Source of the DNA: Okamejei kenojei
Taxonomy: Eukaryota
Reading direction: 5' to 3'
DNA length: 64,000 nucleotides
Assembly (NCBI GenBank): GCA_035221665.1
Contig: CM069131.1
Coordinates: 81,344,001 to 81,408,000 of the forward strand
The position numbers and the translations under genes were made by a program. Each line of letters begins with the position of its first letter. Position 1 is the stretch's first letter. A model generated the notes under the pieces. The model saw only the letters and a program-made list of their open reading frames with translations. It was not told where the DNA came from and did not search any database. Below, piece after piece: positions 59,069-64,000 of this stretch.

Positions 59069-61234
59069 TGATATTGGTTGGGACATATCGAAATCAGTGT
59101 TAATACGTTGTTAACAGTAGCAGTTAACAAGCCATAACAGTGACAGTTAACACATCATTTTTGTCTCGGAGGAATGAAGTGATAAACGACTCCAATCGCT
59201 CTGCAGTACTCATTAAGCCCAAGAGCTTTTTAAAAATGTAAAATTCCAAGGCGGGTTTGCTTTTGCTGCAATCTATTTTGTGCATTGTATGAGGAATGGA
59301 TGAGTGTTTATCATTACCAAAGGATGACATTTAATTAGTTTCAGAGTCTGAGCCAGCTGACCATGCATGTGGCCGCGACTCCACAGCTCGCAGTCGGATG
59401 GGAACTGATTGCAAAATACATGTTTCACAAAAACATTGGGGGGGGGGGGGGGGTGGGGGGGGGGGGGGATTGCCCCCCCATCTCTCAAAACATGGAGGGG
59501 ACACGCCCCTGCCCCCCCCCCCCCCACCAGGATTTCCGCCCATGGGTGTCAGTATTACAGTTGAACAAAGGTGACAATGGAGCCACGAGGGAGGAATTGG
59601 CCAAAGTTGACTGGAAAGGTACCCTAGCAGGGATGACAATGGAACAACAATGGCAGGTATTTCTGGGAATAATACAGAAGGTGCAGGATCGGTTCATTCC
59701 AAAGAGGAAGAAAGATTCCAACGGCGCGACCGTGGCAGACAAGGGAAGTCAGAGAGAGTATAAAAATAAAAGAGAAGAAATATAACAGCAAAGATGAGCG
59801 GGAAGCCAGAGGATTGGGTAACTTTTAAAGAGCAACAGAAGATAACTAAAAAGGTAATACGGGGAGAAAAGATTAGGTACGAAGCCAAGAATATAAAGGA
59901 GGATAGTAAAAGCTTCTTTAGGTATGAGAAGAGGAAAAAACTAGTTAAGGCCAAAGTTGGACCCTTGAAGACTGAAAAGGGTGAATTTATTATGGGGAAC
60001 AAGGAAGTGGCAGATGAGTTGAACAGGTACTTTGGAGCCATCTTCACTAAGGAGGACACAAACAATCTTCCTGATGTACTAGCCAAAGGATCTGGGGTGA
60101 CGGAGGAACTGAAGATTTACATTAGGCAGGAAATGATGTTGGGTAGACTGATGGGACTGAAGGCTGATAAATCCCCAGGCCCCAATGGTCTGCATCCCAG
60201 GGTACTTAAGGAAGTTGCTCTAGAAATCGTGGATGCATTGGTGATCATTTTACAATATATATTAACTATTTACAATATATATTAATGATTTGGATGAAGG
60301 GATTAAAGGTAACTAGCAAATTTGCAGATGACACAAAACTGGGTGGCAGTGAGAACTGTGAGGAGGATGCTATGAGGATGCAGGGTGACTTGGACAGGTT
60401 GGGTGAGTGGGCAGATGCATGGCAGATAAATGTGAGGTTATCCACATTGGTGGCAAAAACAGGACGGCAGATTATTATCTAAATGGTGTCGTTGAGAAAA
60501 AGGGAAGTACAATGGGATCTGGGGGTCCTTGTTCTTCACTGGGCACTGAAAGTAAGCATGCAGGTACAGCAGGCAGTGAAGAAAGTTATACTAAACTCCT
60601 CATAACAAGAGGAGTTTAGTATAGGAGCAAAGAGGTCCTTCTGCAGTTGTACAGGGCCCTAGTGAGACCACACCTGGAGTATTGTGTGCAGTTTTGATCT
60701 CCAAACTTGAGGAAGGACATTCTTGCTATTGAGGGAGCTCAGCGTAGTTTCCCAAGGTTAATTCCCGGGATGGCGGAACTGTCTTATGTTGATAGATTGG
60801 AGCGACTGGGCTTGTATACTTTGGAATTTATAAGGATGAGAGGGGAGCTTATTGAAACATATAAGATTTTTAAGGGTTTGGACATGCTAGACGCAGGAAA
60901 CATATGTCCAATGTTGGGGGAGTCCAGAATCAGGGGCCATAGTTTAAGAAAAAGTGGTAAGCCATTTAGAACGGAGATGAGGAAAAACATTTTCACACAG
61001 AAAGTTATGAGTGTGTGGAATTCTCTGCCTCAGATGGATGGTGGTGGCTGGTTCTCTGAATGCTTTCAAGAGAGATTTAGGTAGAACTCTTAGGGATAGC
61101 GGAGTTAAGGGATATGGAGAAGGCAGGAATGGAGTACTGATTGTGGATGATCAGCCATGATCACATTGAATGGCAGTGCTGGCTCGAAGGGCTGAATGGC
61201 CTACTCCTGCACCTATTGTCCTCTTTAGTCTCAG

Positions 61235-64000
61235 TGAAAATGGCAGTTAGGGCAGTGGACTGCTCCTGCTGCAGGAGCAGGATGTGGGAATTCATGGAAA
61301 CATCTAGTGAACCGCAGAACTACAACTGTGGGAAGTGTGGGAAGAAACTGGAACCGGAGGTACTGAGTGAGGATCATCCGGGATACTGGGAACTTCATAG
61401 ATAAGAATTTTAATGGTTTAATGAAGTAGTCATGCCCAAGGTAAAGGCAGAAAATAGAATAACCACCAGGAAAAGGAGTAAGTGAAGTACAGGAATCCCC
61501 TATGGCCATTCCCCTTGTATAACATGTATATTATTTTGGATGCTGTAAAGGGGGCAAAGGTGGTGGTGTAAATGACGGTTCAGGGAAAAGCTGCCAGTCA
61601 GGTCTGTGGCACAGCAGGGAAGGGTGAAGTGAGGCAAGGCTATTTTGATAGGAACCCATTTGTTAGAGGGGCAGGTAACCGATTCTGTGGCCACAAAAGG
61701 GATTACACGATGGTGCAATGCCTTCATGAGATGAGAGATGCGAGAAGCATTTATTTGTCACATGTGCCAATTGGCACAGCAAAATTAAATCACCATACAG
61801 CCATACATTAAAAATAAAGAACACCACATGGAGTAGATAGGATTCAACATAAAACATCCCCCCACAGCAGGATCAATATTTCCTACTATGGGGGAAGGCA
61901 CCAAAGTCAGTCTCTTCCCCTGATGTTCCCCAATGTTCCCCCATGGTCGGGGCCTCCCCGTGCCCCCTGCAGTCGCCGCTACGGGCGGCCCGATGTTCAG
62001 GCCCGCTCCCCGGGGTGATGTAAGTCCGACGTCGGGGCTGGGGGACGTCCTCAGCGGCCTGGACCCCGAGTCGGACCCCTCCTACCGGAGTCCGCGGCTT
62101 GCAAAGTCCACTGGCCGCGCCGGGTGGAGATGCAACGCTGGAGGCCCTCGGCAAAGGGCCCCAGGACTCCGCGATGACAGTCAGCGTTGCCCGCGTTGGG
62201 AGCTCTCTAAACCAGAGCTCCATGATGTTGGAGCAGCGGCCCAACGCTGCGGAGCTCCAAACGGCGACCCAGGTAGGTATCGCCCGCTCCATGATGACTC
62301 CAGTGCCACGCTGTCGCTATTGCAGCTCTGCTCCGGTTCCCGGTCCCCGACAGGAAAGGCCGCTCGGATCCAGGTGGTAGGCCGCGAGGTGGGGGGTGAG
62401 GACGCAACTCGGAGAAACAGTCGCGTCCCCGCCAGAAAGTGACTGGGAGTTAGTTTCCCCCTTACCCTCCCCCACATAAAAAAAGTTAAAGTTTCCACAA
62501 AAACAAACTTTAAACGGACTAAAAATTAAAAAAAAAGATGGAAAAACTAACGGTTGCAGGCAGAGGCTGCTGGCAGTCCAGCGCCCCCTAGCGTCACGTT
62601 GCCTGGGTACAGGGTGCCTCATAGTGGCTGCAAAACATTCAATGGTGAGGATGAGCAGCCAGAAGTCGTTGTGCAGCAGACTGGCACAAGAGAGATAGAT
62701 AGGAAATTAGAAAAGGTTCAGCAGAATGAACTTAGGAAGTTAGGTTAAAAAATAGGACTTGAAGGGTCATAATCTCCAGATTACTCCCACTGTCATGTGG
62801 TTGCGAGGGTAGCAATAGAAAGATAAGATGTGTGTATGGCCGATGTGTTGGTGCACGGAACAGTGATTCAGATTTTTGACCATTGGGATCTCCTCTGGAT
62901 CAGAAATGACCTGAAAAGGGACCCAATAATGTGGCAGGGAGGTTTGCAAGTTAATGTTCTAAATTGGGGCAAGGTCAAGTTTAACGGTATTAGATAGGAT
63001 TTGCTCTTTTAGACAATAGGTGGTAAGAATTCAGAAAGGATTAAAGGAGGCAGAAGATTGCTCTGGCAGATAGCATTAAAGACAACCCGGAGATGTTCTA
63101 AGTATATTAAGGGCAAAGGGATACTGGGGAGCGAAAACAACCCCTCTTAAACTAAAGTGTCATCAATGTGTGGAGCTGCAGGAGATGAGCGATTTCTCCT
63201 CTGTTTTTACTGCAGACTAAGAGTAGGAGACTTGGGGAAAATGGTGATGTCCTGAGAATAGTTTGTATTACAGTTGAGGTGGTGCCGGTTGTCCTAAAAA
63301 GTATGAAGGGAGATAAATCTCTGAGGTCAGATCAGGTGAATCCAAGGACAAGATGGGAAACTATAGAGAAATTGCTGGTGTCCTGGCGAAGATATATGAA
63401 TCATTGTGAGGTAAGTAGCTGGAAGGTGGTTAATATTGTGCTTCTATTTAAGAAGGCTTGCAAAGAAAAACATGGGAACCATAGACCAGCAAGCCTAACA
63501 TCTCTGGAGGACAGGTCACTGTGATAGCTTCTGTACAGATAAGGTAATACATACATTTGGAAAGACAGGGATTGTTTAAGGATAATCGGCATAGTTTTGT
63601 CCATGGGAGATAGTGTATCATCAATTTGATTGTGGCTTTTTTGAAGAAGTAACCAAGAAGGTTGACGGGGGCAGGGAGTCAGATATTGGCACTATGGACT
63701 TTAGCAAAGACATCACTAAGGTTCTGCATGGTAGGATGCTCTGGAAGTTTAGATCAGATGGGGTCCAAGTAGAGCTAGCTGAGTGGATACAGAATTGGAG
63801 GTATAATTGACAGTGAAGAAGGTTGTCTAAGATTACAACACGATCAAGATAAAAATGGGAAAGTGAACTAAGGAATGGCAAATGAAATTTAACTCGGACA
63901 AGTGCAGAGCAATACATTCTGGCAAGTAAAACCAGGGCAGGACTTGCACAGTAAATGGTGGGGCCCTGAAAGGCTTTGCACAAAAGAGAGATTCAGAGGT
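61235..64000 (+). mobile_element. Degenerate CR1 LINE (ORF1 and ORF2 remnants)
   Basis: MAVRAVDCSCC..MWE...YNCGKC (ORF1 zinc-finger-like); KGDKSLRSDQVNPR, HRPASLTS, DFSKDITKVLHG (ORF2). Confidence 0.75.
61748..62590. mobile_element. Unclassified GC/CpG-rich interspersed repeat inserted in the CR1 ORF1
   Basis: Starts TTTATTTGTCACATG (retroposon-like tail on the minus strand), has a CpG-rich body, and the CR1 ORF1-like sequence resumes after about 62590. Confidence 0.45.

Larger units (their letters stand above)
57480..59544. mobile_element. Non-autonomous hAT-type DNA transposon
   Basis: Perfect 14-bp TIR CATGGGCGGAAATC / GATTTCCGCCCATG and 8-bp TSD GGTGTCAG (57472-79, 59545-52). Confidence 0.9.
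57325..61222 (+). mobile_element. CR1 LINE ORF2 (endonuclease end to 3' UTR), split by a hAT insertion
   Basis: EPLGSSDHNMVSF (57356..) continues after 59552; KSPGPNGLHPRVLKE, FADDTKLGG, VRPHLEYCVQF. Confidence 0.9.

Overview
Vertebrate nuclear DNA, very probably an elasmobranch (skate, ray or shark), judged from V-SINE/HE1-type SINEs, abundant CR1 LINEs and Penelope-like elements. It contains two convergent spliced genes. (1) On +, an Ig-superfamily type I receptor (leader, V, C2-like, stalk/TM, tyrosine-bearing tail; about 10198-25639), whose middle exons lie in an indel-rich, low-quality part of the assembly. (2) On -, the 3' part of a large nuclear protein gene with a BOD1L1-like C-terminus: six phase-compatible exons plus the terminal exon, including a 3193-nt exon with a roughly 28-aa repeat. 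Most of the remainder is nested transposon debris. The most striking feature is an LTR element with both LTRs (45770-50156; PBS, PPT, 5-bp TSD) that lacks pol. It instead carries a Gypsy-type Gag N-terminus joined through a 21-bp-repeat linker to about 1 kb of ASPM-like IQ-motif repeats, which looks like host-gene capture. Also notable are short TSD-flanked elements carrying minimal hammerhead ribozyme cores, and a hAT element with an internal foldback of about 250-bp arms. All homology calls come from my recall of these families, not from database searches.
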